DNA of 64,000 nt from a virus, in IMG/VR virus record IMGVR_UViG_3300042291_000228, positions 38,329 to 102,328 of that record; one strand, written 5' to 3'. Position 1 is the stretch's first letter. Each line of letters begins with the position of its first letter. Below are positions 10,567 to 20,978 of this stretch, in pieces. The notes beneath the pieces are model-generated. The model had not been told where the DNA came from, did not search any database, and saw only the letters and a list, made by a program, of their open reading frames with translations. The position numbers and the translations under genes were made by a program.

Positions 10567-11420
10567 AAAGAGGAATATTAATATTTGCTCATAATAGCAG
10601 AGATATTGATTATGCTTTAATGTCTTTAGTATCTGCAAAGTTTGCAAAAGCAAATTTACAAGTTCCGGTGTCTTTAGTAGTTGATAAGTTCACTGTGGAA
10701 TGGATGCAGACATCCAATATCTATGACCTTTCTAAAGAAATTTTTGATAAAATTATAGAAATTGAAAAACCCGTTACTCAAAATATTCGTGTACTCAACG
10801 ATGGATATACTTCAAAAACAGTTCCTTTTGTAAATTCAAATAGGGCTTCAGTTTGGGATCTTACCCCATATGACAGAACGTTATTAATAGACAGTGATTT
10901 TTTAATAATGTCTGATAGACTTAACGAGTATTGGAACATTGATTCAGGTGTAATGTTATCTCCGTCTATGAAAGATGTTAGAGGAGATAGAAAAGGTATT
11001 TTAGATTCTTGGGTATCTGAAACTGGAATTCCCTTATACTGGGCTACCACAGTGATGTTTACTAAAAACAATGAATCTAAAATATTTTTTGATCTAGTAG
11101 ATGTTATTAGAACAAACTATAATTATTTTGCAGATTTATTTAGATTTAATCCTAAACAATACAGAAATGACATTTCTTTTAGCATAGCAAAGCATATGCT
11201 AAATGGTTTTGAAAATAGAGGAGAAGATCTTCCTCCAATATTAACATTACTAGATAAGGATCTAATTCATTCTATTGCTGAGAATCAACTACGGGTTTAT
11301 CTAAATGACAGTGCAAGTGAAGATCATGTAGTTATTGCATCGATCAAAGATTTAGATGTTCATGTAATGAATAAACAAAGCATAATCAGAAATGCAAAAG
11401 AATTCTTGGAGATACTATGA
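10563..11420 (+). CDS. GT-A fold nucleotide-diphospho-sugar transferase (GT8-like)
   Basis: GILIFA start, TPYDRTLLIDSD (DxD motif), RNDISFSIA. Confidence 0.7.
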   Translation: MKRGILIFAHNSRDIDYALMSLVSAKFAKANLQVPVSLVVDKFTVEWMQTSNIYDLSKEIFDKIIEIEKPVTQNIRVLNDGYTSKTVPFVNSNRASVWDLTPYDRTLLIDSDFLIMSDRLNEYWNIDSGVMLSPSMKDVRGDRKGILDSWVSETGIPLYWATTVMFTKNNESKIFFDLVDVIRTNYNYFADLFRFNPKQYRNDISFSIAKHMLNGFENRGEDLPPILTLLDKDLIHSIAENQLRVYLNDSASEDHVVIASIKDLDVHVMNKQSIIRNAKEFLEIL

Positions 11421-12256
11421 CTTTTGGATACCTCATTGTAATTTCTAAAAACGATTCAGTTAACTATTTGAAATTGGCCTATGCCCTAGCACTAAGCATT
11501 AAAAATACTCAACAAGAAGGATTTGATAACGTAGCATTAGTAACTGATAATATCGAAGACGTTAAAAAACTAAAAAGTTCTTGGGTATTTAATGAAATTA
11601 TTGAATGGAATCAAGAAACTTTTTGGGATGGTCGAAGTTGGATGGATAAGTTAAGCCCCTGGGATAATACCATATGCCTAGATGCAGACATGTTGTTTTT
11701 TAGAGACTACAGTCATTGGGCTGAATACTTTATTGATAACTCTGAATTATATATTCCCAATAAGTCATATACCTATCGCGGAGAGATTGTAAAAGATTTG
11801 TATTATAGAAAAACATTTGAACTTAATGATCTCCCTAATCTGTATTCATTTTATACTTTCTTTAAAAAAGATTCTGAAATAGCAGAAGAGTTTTTTTCCC
11901 TAGGTCGATACATTTTAAAAAATCCTAACGAATTTAAAAATCTATTTCTAGAAAAGTATATTCCAAAAGTTGTAGGCACAGACGAAGCATTTTCTCTAGC
12001 TGCAAAAATTTTAGACATTCAAGATGATATAAGCTATGATTTAGAATTTCCTAAAGTAGTACACTTAAAACCAATGATACAAAATTGGCCTTGGCCTGCT
12101 GATAAAGTTTCTGATCATGTCGGATTTTATTTTGATCTGCAAGGTAAATTAAAAATTGGAAATTATCAGCAACAAGATATTGTTCATTATAACGAAAAAA
12201 ATTATGTAACCGACGAAATCATCAGCATTTTAGAGGAAATACTATGGAAGAAATAA
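11417..12256 (+). CDS. GT-A fold nucleotide-diphospho-sugar transferase (GT8-like)
   Basis: SPWDNTICLDADML (DxD), GTDEAFSLA, VHLKP. Confidence 0.7.
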   Translation: MTFGYLIVISKNDSVNYLKLAYALALSIKNTQQEGFDNVALVTDNIEDVKKLKSSWVFNEIIEWNQETFWDGRSWMDKLSPWDNTICLDADMLFFRDYSHWAEYFIDNSELYIPNKSYTYRGEIVKDLYYRKTFELNDLPNLYSFYTFFKKDSEIAEEFFSLGRYILKNPNEFKNLFLEKYIPKVVGTDEAFSLAAKILDIQDDISYDLEFPKVVHLKPMIQNWPWPADKVSDHVGFYFDLQGKLKIGNYQQQDIVHYNEKNYVTDEIISILEEILWKK

Positions 12257-12834
12257 TTGATTTTGACAGTTGGTTACAGCAATATACTGCGCCACAGGTA
12301 GAATACTGGGCAATTTTTGAACCTACTACCGGTGAAGTTACTGGAATTTATCCTGATATTGCTGCCAGTGACAAACAATATAAAATAAAAATTGATAGAG
12401 ATCTAGCAGAAGATATACATAATGGAATAGTTCAATTGAATTCTTGTTTTGTAGACATGGATTCTGAAACAGTTGAAATTGTCACTAGGCACAGTCTTGT
12501 TAAGATTGACGATGTATTGCATAGAGTAATTGATAAAAAATATGTGCCCGATCAAAAAAATGATATTATTATTCAATATAATGAATTAGAAAATAAAATA
12601 ATTGTTGTTTTACACAATTCGATTAAAACTAGAAAGATTCAATGGGACGGAAGTACTGAAATGCAGTTTTTTATCACGGCTTACAATGATCCACATAATC
12701 TTTACCAAACAATAGTTTTTCAATTAAAAGATTTAGAACAAGGTTCTAAAGAATTTATCTATACTGCTCCCCACAAAAGATTTAGTATTTTTACAAGAAG
12801 AATATTAAAAAATTATGTTTTTGAAAAAATATGA
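12244..12834 (+). CDS. Hypothetical protein in the GT cluster
   Basis: 196 aa; overlaps both neighbours; GAGG RBS. Confidence 0.65.
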   Translation: MEEIIDFDSWLQQYTAPQVEYWAIFEPTTGEVTGIYPDIAASDKQYKIKIDRDLAEDIHNGIVQLNSCFVDMDSETVEIVTRHSLVKIDDVLHRVIDKKYVPDQKNDIIIQYNELENKIIVVLHNSIKTRKIQWDGSTEMQFFITAYNDPHNLYQTIVFQLKDLEQGSKEFIYTAPHKRFSIFTRRILKNYVFEKI

Positions 12835-13706
12835 AAACCGTAGAACTAGACATTGTATTTTTAAGCTATGATGAACCTAATGCAGATCTGCATTATGCAG
12901 ACTTATGCAATAAAGTTCCTTGGGCCAAAAGAGTACACGGCATAAAAGGCAGTGATGCTGCTCACAAGGCCGCAGCAGAACTAAGCGAAACCGAATGGGT
13001 AATTACAGTTGATGCCGATAATATAGTAGATGTTAATTTTTTTAACTTAGACATTAAAGAAGATCCTAAAATTGAAGTATGTAGTTGGACTGCAAAAAAT
13101 CGTATCAACGGATTGTTGTATGGTAATGGCGGCCTAAAAATGTGGAAAAAAGATTTCATTTTAAATATGAAAAGTCACGAAGCTAGTGATAGTGATAGAG
13201 CGCAAGTAGATTTTTGTTGGGAATCAGGATATCACCAATTTAAAGATTGCTACAGTGAAACAGTTATCACAGGTAGTCCATTCCAAGCATGGAGAGCAGG
13301 ATTCCGCGAAGGTGTTAAAATGACACTGCATGACGGAGTTCGAGTGCCTCCTCAAGAAATTAAAGAACGAGTGTGGTGGCATAATTTACATAGACTGCGT
13401 ATGTGGTCAACTGTGGGCATGCACGAAGAAAACGGTGCATATGCAATTCTTGGCGCACGTATGGGAACATGGATGACCAACTGCACAAACTGGAATTATG
13501 TTGATGTGAGAGATTTTGAAATCTTAAAAAATATTTACGAACAAAATGTTAATCATGAATCAATAGAAGATGACATAAAAGACTTAGGAATAAAAATTAA
13601 ATATTCTTTAGGGTTTGATTATCCATACTTTGATACACAACACAGTAAGTATATGTTTGACATGTATACCGAATCTTTCCGGTTGTTCAACACATATCAT
13701 AGGTAA
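12831..13706 (+). CDS. GT2-like glycosyltransferase
   Basis: FLSYDEPNAD...RVHGIKGSDAAH...TVDADN (DxD)...NGLLYGNGG...AWRAGFREGVK. Confidence 0.7.
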   Translation: MKTVELDIVFLSYDEPNADLHYADLCNKVPWAKRVHGIKGSDAAHKAAAELSETEWVITVDADNIVDVNFFNLDIKEDPKIEVCSWTAKNRINGLLYGNGGLKMWKKDFILNMKSHEASDSDRAQVDFCWESGYHQFKDCYSETVITGSPFQAWRAGFREGVKMTLHDGVRVPPQEIKERVWWHNLHRLRMWSTVGMHEENGAYAILGARMGTWMTNCTNWNYVDVRDFEILKNIYEQNVNHESIEDDIKDLGIKIKYSLGFDYPYFDTQHSKYMFDMYTESFRLFNTYHR

Positions 13707-13710
13707 TATA

Positions 13711-14406
13711 GTGTTTGAGATATTTTTTATCAGTTATCAAGAACCTAATGCAGACGAAAATTGGACAAAATTAAAATCTAGGTTTCCTATAGCTCAAAGA
13801 ATTCATGGAGTTAAAGGAATTCACCAAGCCCATATAGCAGCAGCAAAGCAGTCACTAACAAAAATGTTTTATGTTGTTGACGGAGACTCAGTGATTGCAG
13901 ATGATTTTAATTTTAACTATGAAGTAAACAAATTAGAAAAAGAACATGTGCATGTATGGCACAGCCAAAATCCTGTTAATGGATTAGTCTACGGATACGG
14001 TGGTGTAAAACTATTACCTAAGTTAGAAACAATTAATATGGATGTTACCTGTCCCGACATGACCACTAGTATATCTAAACATTTTAAAGAAATGCCAACG
14101 ATATCTAATTTCACTGCATTTAACACTGACCCGTTTAATACTTGGAAGTCTGCATTTCGAGAATGTGTTAAATTGTCTAGTAGAATAATCGATAGACAAC
14201 AAGATTATGAAACTTCTGAAAGATTAAAAATATGGTGTTCTGAGGGGAATGACAAACCATTTGGCAAATTTGCAATATCGGGAGCGTTAGCTGGTAGAAA
14301 ATTTGGTTTAGCTAATCGAAATATTTTAAAAGAACTTAAAAAAATCAACGATTTTGAATGGTTAAAGGAACAATATGAGCAACGAGCAAAAGATATTTGT
14401 TCTTAA
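13711..14406 (+). CDS. GT2-like glycosyltransferase (paralogue of the preceding gene)
   Basis: GTG start at 13711 after AGGT; FISYQEPNAD...RIHGVKGIHQAH...VVDGD...NGLVYGYGG...SAFRECVK. Confidence 0.7.
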   Translation: MFEIFFISYQEPNADENWTKLKSRFPIAQRIHGVKGIHQAHIAAAKQSLTKMFYVVDGDSVIADDFNFNYEVNKLEKEHVHVWHSQNPVNGLVYGYGGVKLLPKLETINMDVTCPDMTTSISKHFKEMPTISNFTAFNTDPFNTWKSAFRECVKLSSRIIDRQQDYETSERLKIWCSEGNDKPFGKFAISGALAGRKFGLANRNILKELKKINDFEWLKEQYEQRAKDICS

Positions 14407-15748
14407 CGATAAAAGAGATAAAATAAATTTAATTAGTCCTAGCTTCTGTACGGCTAAATGGTTACAAACTACCTTATACCTACAGAACGGATATAATCAC
14501 AGTTGCCATCATCCTAGTCCCCATAAAATTCCTATTGAAGAAGTAAAAAATAATCCAGCAGCATTACACAACAGCCAACATAAGAAAAAACAAAGAGAAA
14601 TGATGTTGGCAGGCGAACGTCCTGCTGAATGTGATTATTGTTGGAAGATTGAAGATTTAGATAAAAAATACTTTTCGGATAGACATTATAAGTCAGCTGA
14701 TTATTGGGCCTGGGACAGAATCGATGAAATTGCAACCAGTGATCCTACAACCAACATTTTTCCTAGTTATTTAGAAGTTAGCTTTTCTAATGCTTGTAAT
14801 CTTAAATGCAGCTATTGCAGTCCGGAGATTAGTAGCAAATGGTTGGAAGAAATTAATCAATACGGACCTTATCCTATCGCCGAAAGTAATAATGATGTTA
14901 GTCAGTATAAGAGTATTGGTAGATATCCGTATGCACACAATGCCGACAATCCCTATGTTGATGCATTTTGGAAATGGTTTCCCGAAGCATTACCTCATTT
15001 GCGAGTATTTCGAATTACTGGCGGCGAACCGTTGATGAGTAAAGATACATGGAAGGTACTAGAATATATTAGAAATAATCCACAGCCTAATTTGGAAATT
15101 GCAATAAACACAAACTTGTCAGTTGAAAATAAACTTATTGATCGATTTATTTCTGAAGTTAATTTAATAAAGCCTTTAGTTAAAAAGATAGACATATATA
15201 CCAGCCTCGAAAGCATTGAACATCGTGCAGAATATTCTAGATACGGATTAGATTACGCTCGTTGGTCGCATAACATTCGACGTTGTTTATCTGAAACACA
15301 ATCAACAGTAGCAATAATGACTACTATTAACATATTAAGCATATCTAGTTTTACAGAGTTTATTAATATGGTTATGCAGCTACGAAAAGATTACAATCCT
15401 AGTTGCGAATTTAATAGAGTGCCAATTAGCATAAACTACCTCCGCTGGCCAGCGCATCTTAGTTCTACATTAATGCCTTTGGAAATGAGGCAAAAATATG
15501 CTAAAGAAATTTTAGAAATTTCAAAAAGTTGGCTAAAATATAACAGTACAGAAAAATTTGCTAGACTTTATTTAGAAGAATGGGATCAAATAAAAAGATT
15601 TTGTGATTATTTTATTACAGCATCTAGCGATTTAGAAAAAAGAAAAGATTTTGTTAAATTTATTAACGAATATGATCGTAGGAGATCTACAAATTTCTTA
15701 ACTACCTTTCCTGAATACGCAGAATTTTTAAAAGAATGGAATGCCTAA
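14375..15748 (+). CDS. Radical SAM enzyme with N-terminal twitch/SPASM-like auxiliary Fe-S domain
   Basis: CNLKCSYC, ITGGEPL, NTN; N-terminal FCTAKW..SCHH..ECDYCW. Confidence 0.85.
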   Translation: MSNEQKIFVLNDKRDKINLISPSFCTAKWLQTTLYLQNGYNHSCHHPSPHKIPIEEVKNNPAALHNSQHKKKQREMMLAGERPAECDYCWKIEDLDKKYFSDRHYKSADYWAWDRIDEIATSDPTTNIFPSYLEVSFSNACNLKCSYCSPEISSKWLEEINQYGPYPIAESNNDVSQYKSIGRYPYAHNADNPYVDAFWKWFPEALPHLRVFRITGGEPLMSKDTWKVLEYIRNNPQPNLEIAINTNLSVENKLIDRFISEVNLIKPLVKKIDIYTSLESIEHRAEYSRYGLDYARWSHNIRRCLSETQSTVAIMTTINILSISSFTEFINMVMQLRKDYNPSCEFNRVPISINYLRWPAHLSSTLMPLEMRQKYAKEILEISKSWLKYNSTEKFARLYLEEWDQIKRFCDYFITASSDLEKRKDFVKFINEYDRRRSTNFLTTFPEYAEFLKEWNA

Positions 15749-17240
15749 GAAATCATACGAAACATTAGTTGATTATCGTAAGCGAGTAATTGACATCAAA
15801 AGCGAAAGTTTTTGTGCAGCCAAATGGTTAAATGCCACAATATGGTTAGGCAGTGGTTCAACAACCAGTTGTCATCATCCACCTGCACACAATATTCCTT
15901 TAGAAGAATTGAAAGATAATCATACTGCAATTCATAATACCAAGCATAAAAAACTTATGCGAAAAATGATGATCGAAGGCGACAAGCCAGCGGAGTGTGA
16001 GTATTGTTGGAAAATTGAAGATATTGGTAAGGATAATATTTCAGATAGGATATTTAAGACTGTTATCTATAAAGACCAAGAGATAGAATCAATATATAAC
16101 AACCCATGGGATCACAATACAGAACTTAAAACTCTTGAAATTAGTTTTGACAGAGTATGCAATTTAGCATGTTCATACTGTAATGCAAGTTTTAGTACCA
16201 CGTGGGCTAAAGATATAAAGAAAGTTGGAGCATATCAAAATTTAGTCAGCGATGGTGCAGCAGCCTTCCAACAGGATGGGTCGTGGGTAGAACCTTACAG
16301 TAACGATGCCGATAATCCGTACATACAGGCATTTTGGAAATGGTGGGATGCTGGACTTAGTCAAAGTCTAGATGAATTAAGAATCACTGGCGGCGAACCC
16401 CTAATGAGCGGACATACTTGGAAATTGATAGATTGGTTCAATAATCAAAACAGTAAAATGCGTTTTGCTATTAATAGCAATCTTATTGCCAAAGATGATA
16501 TTATAGATAAACTTATAGAAAAAACAAAAAACATCAATCAATTTCATCTATATACAAGTTGCGAAGCAGTTGGCGATCATGCAGAATATATTCGAGATGG
16601 ATTAGATTATAAAGTATGGAAGAAAAATGTTATCAGAGTTTTAGAGGAAGGAAACTATCAAGGAGTTCATGTCATGATGACAATCAACAGTCTTTGTCTT
16701 TTCAGTATCACTGACTTTTTTGATGAAATGTTAGAACTAAAAAAACAATATAATAACAATCCTACCATTAGTGTTAACCTATTGAGATTTCCTAGTTTTC
16801 AAAGCCCGCTTGCATTACCTGACCATATAAAAGATCATTGCAGAATTAATTTAGAACAGTGGTATAATCGACACAAGGATACTCAATTATTACACGAATT
16901 TGAAAAAGCCAGTATTGCTCGATTGATAGATTACCTTATAGTAGTTGATGCTCCGCACCGAAGAACTAGTAACAAGATTACGCTATGGAGAGATTTTAAA
17001 AGTTTTTATCAACAATATGATCAACGACGTAAAAAAACTATACAAGTTTTTCCTCAGATATTGTTAGATTGGTTAGATAAAATTCCCGAAACTAAATTAG
17101 ATAAGATACAGAGTCTAGTTAATGGTAATAGTACCAAACAGTACGACAATGATCAAGAATTAAAAAAATTGGCCGAAAGCGAAGGCTGGATACTAAATCC
17201 TGACAATAAAAATATCAATACTCCACTGGCTAAATATTAA
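15741..17240 (+). CDS. Radical SAM enzyme with N-terminal twitch/SPASM-like domain (paralogue)
   Basis: CNLACSYC, ITGGEPL; FCAAKW..SCHH..ECEYCW. Confidence 0.85.
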   Translation: MPKKSYETLVDYRKRVIDIKSESFCAAKWLNATIWLGSGSTTSCHHPPAHNIPLEELKDNHTAIHNTKHKKLMRKMMIEGDKPAECEYCWKIEDIGKDNISDRIFKTVIYKDQEIESIYNNPWDHNTELKTLEISFDRVCNLACSYCNASFSTTWAKDIKKVGAYQNLVSDGAAAFQQDGSWVEPYSNDADNPYIQAFWKWWDAGLSQSLDELRITGGEPLMSGHTWKLIDWFNNQNSKMRFAINSNLIAKDDIIDKLIEKTKNINQFHLYTSCEAVGDHAEYIRDGLDYKVWKKNVIRVLEEGNYQGVHVMMTINSLCLFSITDFFDEMLELKKQYNNNPTISVNLLRFPSFQSPLALPDHIKDHCRINLEQWYNRHKDTQLLHEFEKASIARLIDYLIVVDAPHRRTSNKITLWRDFKSFYQQYDQRRKKTIQVFPQILLDWLDKIPETKLDKIQSLVNGNSTKQYDNDQELKKLAESEGWILNPDNKNINTPLAKY

Positions 17241-17271
17241 CCATAATAACACATATTTCTAATAGACTATA

Positions 17272-18063
17272 ATGTCAAATAAATTTCAAAAATTACATAT
17301 AACTCTTGATAATATTTGTGAGCTAAATCATTTTGTCTATACTCATTCTACAAAAGAAAAAATGCTAGGAAGAGAGTATTCAACAGTGTATTTGCATTCT
17401 GCAGAACCAGGTGCTATAAACGATCTTTGGCAATATCACATAAACAAATATGGCTACCGAGGTAACAATTGGTCTTTTAATAAAGATGCCATTGCTTTTT
17501 TTGGATGTAGTGTTACGTTTGGAATCGGAGTAGAAAAAGACATAGCAACTGTGGTACAGGAGAATATAAAAACAGAATGTTATAATATTGGGCAGCCCGG
17601 CGCATCAGCTATAAACATACTCAAGACGTTTAGTAATTTTATTCAATATTGTCCTGTAAAAACAGCAATTATAACTCTTCCTACAGCCGACAGGATTCAT
17701 CGTCCAGAATTTAATAATTCTTTTTCAGCATGGGCTTATTTGAATTTAATTCCTAATTGGATAAATCCAAATAACAAAGAATTACACCACCACGCCTATA
17801 GCTTTTTTAGTACTGATACTTGTTTAGCATACCTATATGATTACATAAGAATGGCTGAATTAACAGCTAAAGTATTCGATGTTGAAATAATATGGTCTTC
17901 GTGGGATAAAGAAACTTTAGATTTTTTAAGGTCAATTGTTCATAATCAAAAAACTATACCGATAGGAAATTTTAGTGTTGATTGTGGTAGAGACAATCTA
18001 CATCCAGGACCTATTTTTGTAAAAAATTGGTCGGATATAATTATTAATAATTTACCCCAATAA
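17272..18063 (+). CDS. SGNH/GDSL-like hydrolase or acyltransferase
   Basis: FFGCSVTFG (block I), NIGQPGAS (block II), RDNLHPG (DxxH). Confidence 0.6.
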   Translation: MSNKFQKLHITLDNICELNHFVYTHSTKEKMLGREYSTVYLHSAEPGAINDLWQYHINKYGYRGNNWSFNKDAIAFFGCSVTFGIGVEKDIATVVQENIKTECYNIGQPGASAINILKTFSNFIQYCPVKTAIITLPTADRIHRPEFNNSFSAWAYLNLIPNWINPNNKELHHHAYSFFSTDTCLAYLYDYIRMAELTAKVFDVEIIWSSWDKETLDFLRSIVHNQKTIPIGNFSVDCGRDNLHPGPIFVKNWSDIIINNLPQ

Positions 18064-18068
18064 ACTGT

Positions 18069-18374
18069 TTAAAACAACTTTTTAGTTTTATCAGTTATGT
18101 CTTGTTTTAGACGCTGAATGTCAATAGAAAAATCTACTTTAGTAATATCTTCTCTATATTCTTGAAATGTGTCTAACAGTTTTTCAGCAACAATGTCGTT
18201 AGTTGCATTATCCAGCTGCTCTTGAATATCGATTTCCCATATTCTACCATTGTTAAATTCTAACCGGACGCTTTTTAAATATGCTACTGGCATAGTATTC
18301 ATATACATATCTTCAAAAACTTCCGGCCATTCCTTGATCAAATGAATGGGCGGCCTAAATAAATGTTTAGGCAC
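18069..18374 (-). CDS. Hypothetical protein
   Basis: 101-aa ORF in a contiguous - strand operon. Confidence 0.65.
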   Translation of the reverse strand: MPKHLFRPPIHLIKEWPEVFEDMYMNTMPVAYLKSVRLEFNNGRIWEIDIQEQLDNATNDIVAEKLLDTFQEYREDITKVDFSIDIQRLKQDITDKTKKLF

Positions 18375-18975
18375 TTTCGGCTTCTTTGGCCTTTGCCGCT
18401 TTCTTTGCTGGAGGATCTAAATCGTCTGCTTGCTTTCGTAGTCTTGCTGCTTCTTTGTACATAGCATCTGCCTGACTTCTAAAATTGCGAGCTATATCAC
18501 GATCAGTAAGCACTTCATTGGTTGAGGCAGCTGCGCTAACAGTTTCTTGAACTGATGTTGCAGTTTCTTTCTTAGCAGGAGCACCTTTGGTAAACGTATA
18601 CAAATCATCTATTGCACAATTTTTTTGTTCTGCAATAAATGAATTTAGCTCATGCAGTGAAATTTCTGAATTTGGAGTAGGTGTCATGATAATAGTATCA
18701 GTGGCTACTTTTATCAAACGATTATCTGCCTGTAATGCCTGTAACATAGGGCGTCCGTCAGGGAATGGTCGAGTGAAAAGGATTTCTCCAAATTCCCATG
18801 CATCCTGTGCAACATCTTGGTCCACAAGATCAATAATTGCATTATGATATTGGTCTGGCAACGGAGATGTTTGCACAACCAATGCCATATTTGACTCACC
18901 AGGTAACGTTCTAAAAACTACAAGAACTTTTGATCCTGTGTTTTTTATCTTACCTACGTGTTTAAGATTTTTCAT
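18367..18975 (-). CDS. Hypothetical protein
   Basis: Start MKNLKHVG after AGGA; coiled/low-complexity C-terminus. Confidence 0.7.
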   Translation of the reverse strand: MKNLKHVGKIKNTGSKVLVVFRTLPGESNMALVVQTSPLPDQYHNAIIDLVDQDVAQDAWEFGEILFTRPFPDGRPMLQALQADNRLIKVATDTIIMTPTPNSEISLHELNSFIAEQKNCAIDDLYTFTKGAPAKKETATSVQETVSAAASTNEVLTDRDIARNFRSQADAMYKEAARLRKQADDLDPPAKKAAKAKEAESA

Positions 18976-18976
18976 A

Positions 18977-19198
18977 TTATTCCTTTTTAGCTGCAACAGA
19001 TTCTAGAAAAGTATTTAACTTATTAAAAGTCTTACCAACAGCTTCTAGCTCTGCTGCTTTGAATGCACCCCTACTAGATGCAACTTCCAAAATACTTCTA
19101 AGAGATGCAAGATCGCTTAGATTAAGATCTGGTGCTGCTGGTGCTGCTTGTGGCTCTGTAGCTGGCGCCGTTTGCGCTTGTGTAGTTTCTTGGTCCAT
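18977..19198 (-). CDS. Hypothetical protein
   Basis: AGGAG RBS, MDQETT...; ASSRGAFKAAEL motif. Confidence 0.7.
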   Translation of the reverse strand: MDQETTQAQTAPATEPQAAPAAPDLNLSDLASLRSILEVASSRGAFKAAELEAVGKTFNKLNTFLESVAAKKE

Positions 19199-19470
19199 TA
19201 GTTTCTCCTTAGATATGGGCATGCTAACATAAAATATGTCAGTTCTTTATGATCTTCAAATCCCGCAAATATTGCGGATTTCAATTTGCTATCGTTTTCT
19301 ATACTTGAAAGTTTCACGACAGCATATCTACCTTTTAATTTGATTCGAATCCAGTTTTCAACTTCACCTGTAAAAAAATCTATTTCTTCGAGTTTAATTT
19401 TTCCAAAATGTGGAGGCATCACTCGAAGTGATCTTTTCTTTAAAATGTCTAAAGGATTATATTCGATCAT
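19198..19470 (-). CDS. Hypothetical protein
   Basis: Follows TATAAATA (19479-19486, - strand). Confidence 0.6.
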   Translation of the reverse strand: MIEYNPLDILKKRSLRVMPPHFGKIKLEEIDFFTGEVENWIRIKLKGRYAVVKLSSIENDSKLKSAIFAGFEDHKELTYFMLACPYLRRN

Positions 19471-19503
19471 TGTAAAAATATTTATAGATAACAAATAATT
19501 TGA

Positions 19504-19896
19504 TCAGGATTCTTGGCTAAGCCTTTGATGCATTGCTTTGGCATAACCCATTTTTCTTACATCTCCTGAAAACAAATACAGTTCAAAGGCAGATTTTTCT
19601 CTTAAAACAACAATATGTTTTTTAGTTAAATGGTATGGGGACTCGATAAATTGATCTAACCAAACTAGTATTTGTGGAGTTATACTAATTTCTTTTAATA
19701 TTTCAACTTTATATGTTTTGATTTGAGAATAAGTTTCTACAAATTCTAACCCTTGATCTGTAAGTCTTAAGCCGCCGCAGTCTTTACCTCTGACATTTTG
19801 CCACCAGGTACTACGAAATTTTTTTATGATATTCTCGTCAAAGGGTTGACCAGCGGCTTTGAGGAATACCGAAGTATAGGTATCCTTTAAATCCAT
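19504..19896 (-). CDS. Hypothetical protein
   Basis: 130-aa ORF, GLRLTDQG motif. Confidence 0.65.
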   Translation of the reverse strand: MDLKDTYTSVFLKAAGQPFDENIIKKFRSTWWQNVRGKDCGGLRLTDQGLEFVETYSQIKTYKVEILKEISITPQILVWLDQFIESPYHLTKKHIVVLREKSAFELYLFSGDVRKMGYAKAMHQRLSQES

Positions 19897-20181
19897 TTAG
19901 TCTACTCGTTCTCCGGCATTTAATTTAAACACTGCAAAGTCTGTGGTCTTAAACAACTTGTTCAGTTTCTTGGCTAAATTTCTTGCGTGTCCGGGATTAC
20001 TAAAACTAACCTTTTTGTACTTTGGGCCAGGATAACTGGATACCATACTACCACTTTTCAAATTAAAAGGCTGATCTTTGTAAAACACAGCCCAAATGGC
20101 ATCACTGTTGAGAATTTGCTCAACTTTGTAGGTTTCCTTGTCAGTGTATTCAAGAATAACTTTGGGTTTAGGTCGACTCAT
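19897..20181 (-). CDS. Hypothetical protein (basic, possibly nucleic-acid binding)
   Basis: MSRPKP...PGPKYKKVSFSNPGHA. Confidence 0.7.
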   Translation of the reverse strand: MSRPKPKVILEYTDKETYKVEQILNSDAIWAVFYKDQPFNLKSGSMVSSYPGPKYKKVSFSNPGHARNLAKKLNKLFKTTDFAVFKLNAGERVD

Positions 20182-20220
20182 ATCTATACGTGTTATTATA
20201 AAGCACGTATATATTTATGT

Positions 20221-20472
20221 CTAATTAAAGTTGCCACCATCAAATTTAACATTGATGTTGGTAGTAGATTCACGTATTTCCGCCAGCATTGTGTGTATTT
20301 CTAGAACGGTTTTTCCTAATCTAGAAGTCATCACAGCTAATTCTTGAGTAAGCTCTCTTGCTTCTTGAATTGTTATTCTTATATCTTTTTGCTGACCACG
20401 CTCTGCAACTGCTATGCGTTGAATAAGTTTTTCAACACCTGGTAACGTATTTGGAATATTATTTTGAGACAT
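20221..20472 (-). CDS. Hypothetical protein
   Basis: 83-aa ORF. Confidence 0.6.
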   Translation of the reverse strand: MSQNNIPNTLPGVEKLIQRIAVAERGQQKDIRITIQEARELTQELAVMTSRLGKTVLEIHTMLAEIRESTTNINVKFDGGNFN

Positions 20473-20935
20473 TAGCCAACACCTGTTTCATCTCAATTTC
20501 GGATTGAAACGGCCCTTGATACTCGTATCTTTGTAATGTTATCAATTTAGGACAAAAACTTTTTACCCATCCTTTATCGAACCTTATCACATAAAAGCCT
20601 GCACAGTATAAACTCTTGCTATCGCCGCTCTTTGTAAACAACGGTAACTTTCTTTTTATATCATACATTGCATTATGCGGCTCGGCACTTGTGGCGTAAC
20701 CGTGAACTTCGTTAGGTAATGCATCGTTGGCTTCTTTAATAATTTTAGCCACAAAGAAATTTTTACCAAATTGTCTAGTAAGACTTTCTTTTGTATCATA
20801 GATTTGAACCCCTAATTCGTTACTCATAACAAATCTATTATCCTCATTCTTTCTTAGAGTGGCAAATTTTTCACCGTCTCGTTCAACAATCCAGAATTTG
20901 TTTTCTATAATTGGTTTAGCGTGTAAGTCTGTCAT
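20459..20935 (-). CDS. Hypothetical protein
   Basis: GGAG RBS before MTDLHAKP; YCAGFY...SFCPKL motif. Confidence 0.65.
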   Translation of the reverse strand: MTDLHAKPIIENKFWIVERDGEKFATLRKNEDNRFVMSNELGVQIYDTKESLTRQFGKNFFVAKIIKEANDALPNEVHGYATSAEPHNAMYDIKRKLPLFTKSGDSKSLYCAGFYVIRFDKGWVKSFCPKLITLQRYEYQGPFQSEIEMKQVLANVSK

Positions 20936-20978
20936 AGTGTTCTCCCAACAGTTATTAGTTTTTGATTCACAAGTATCT

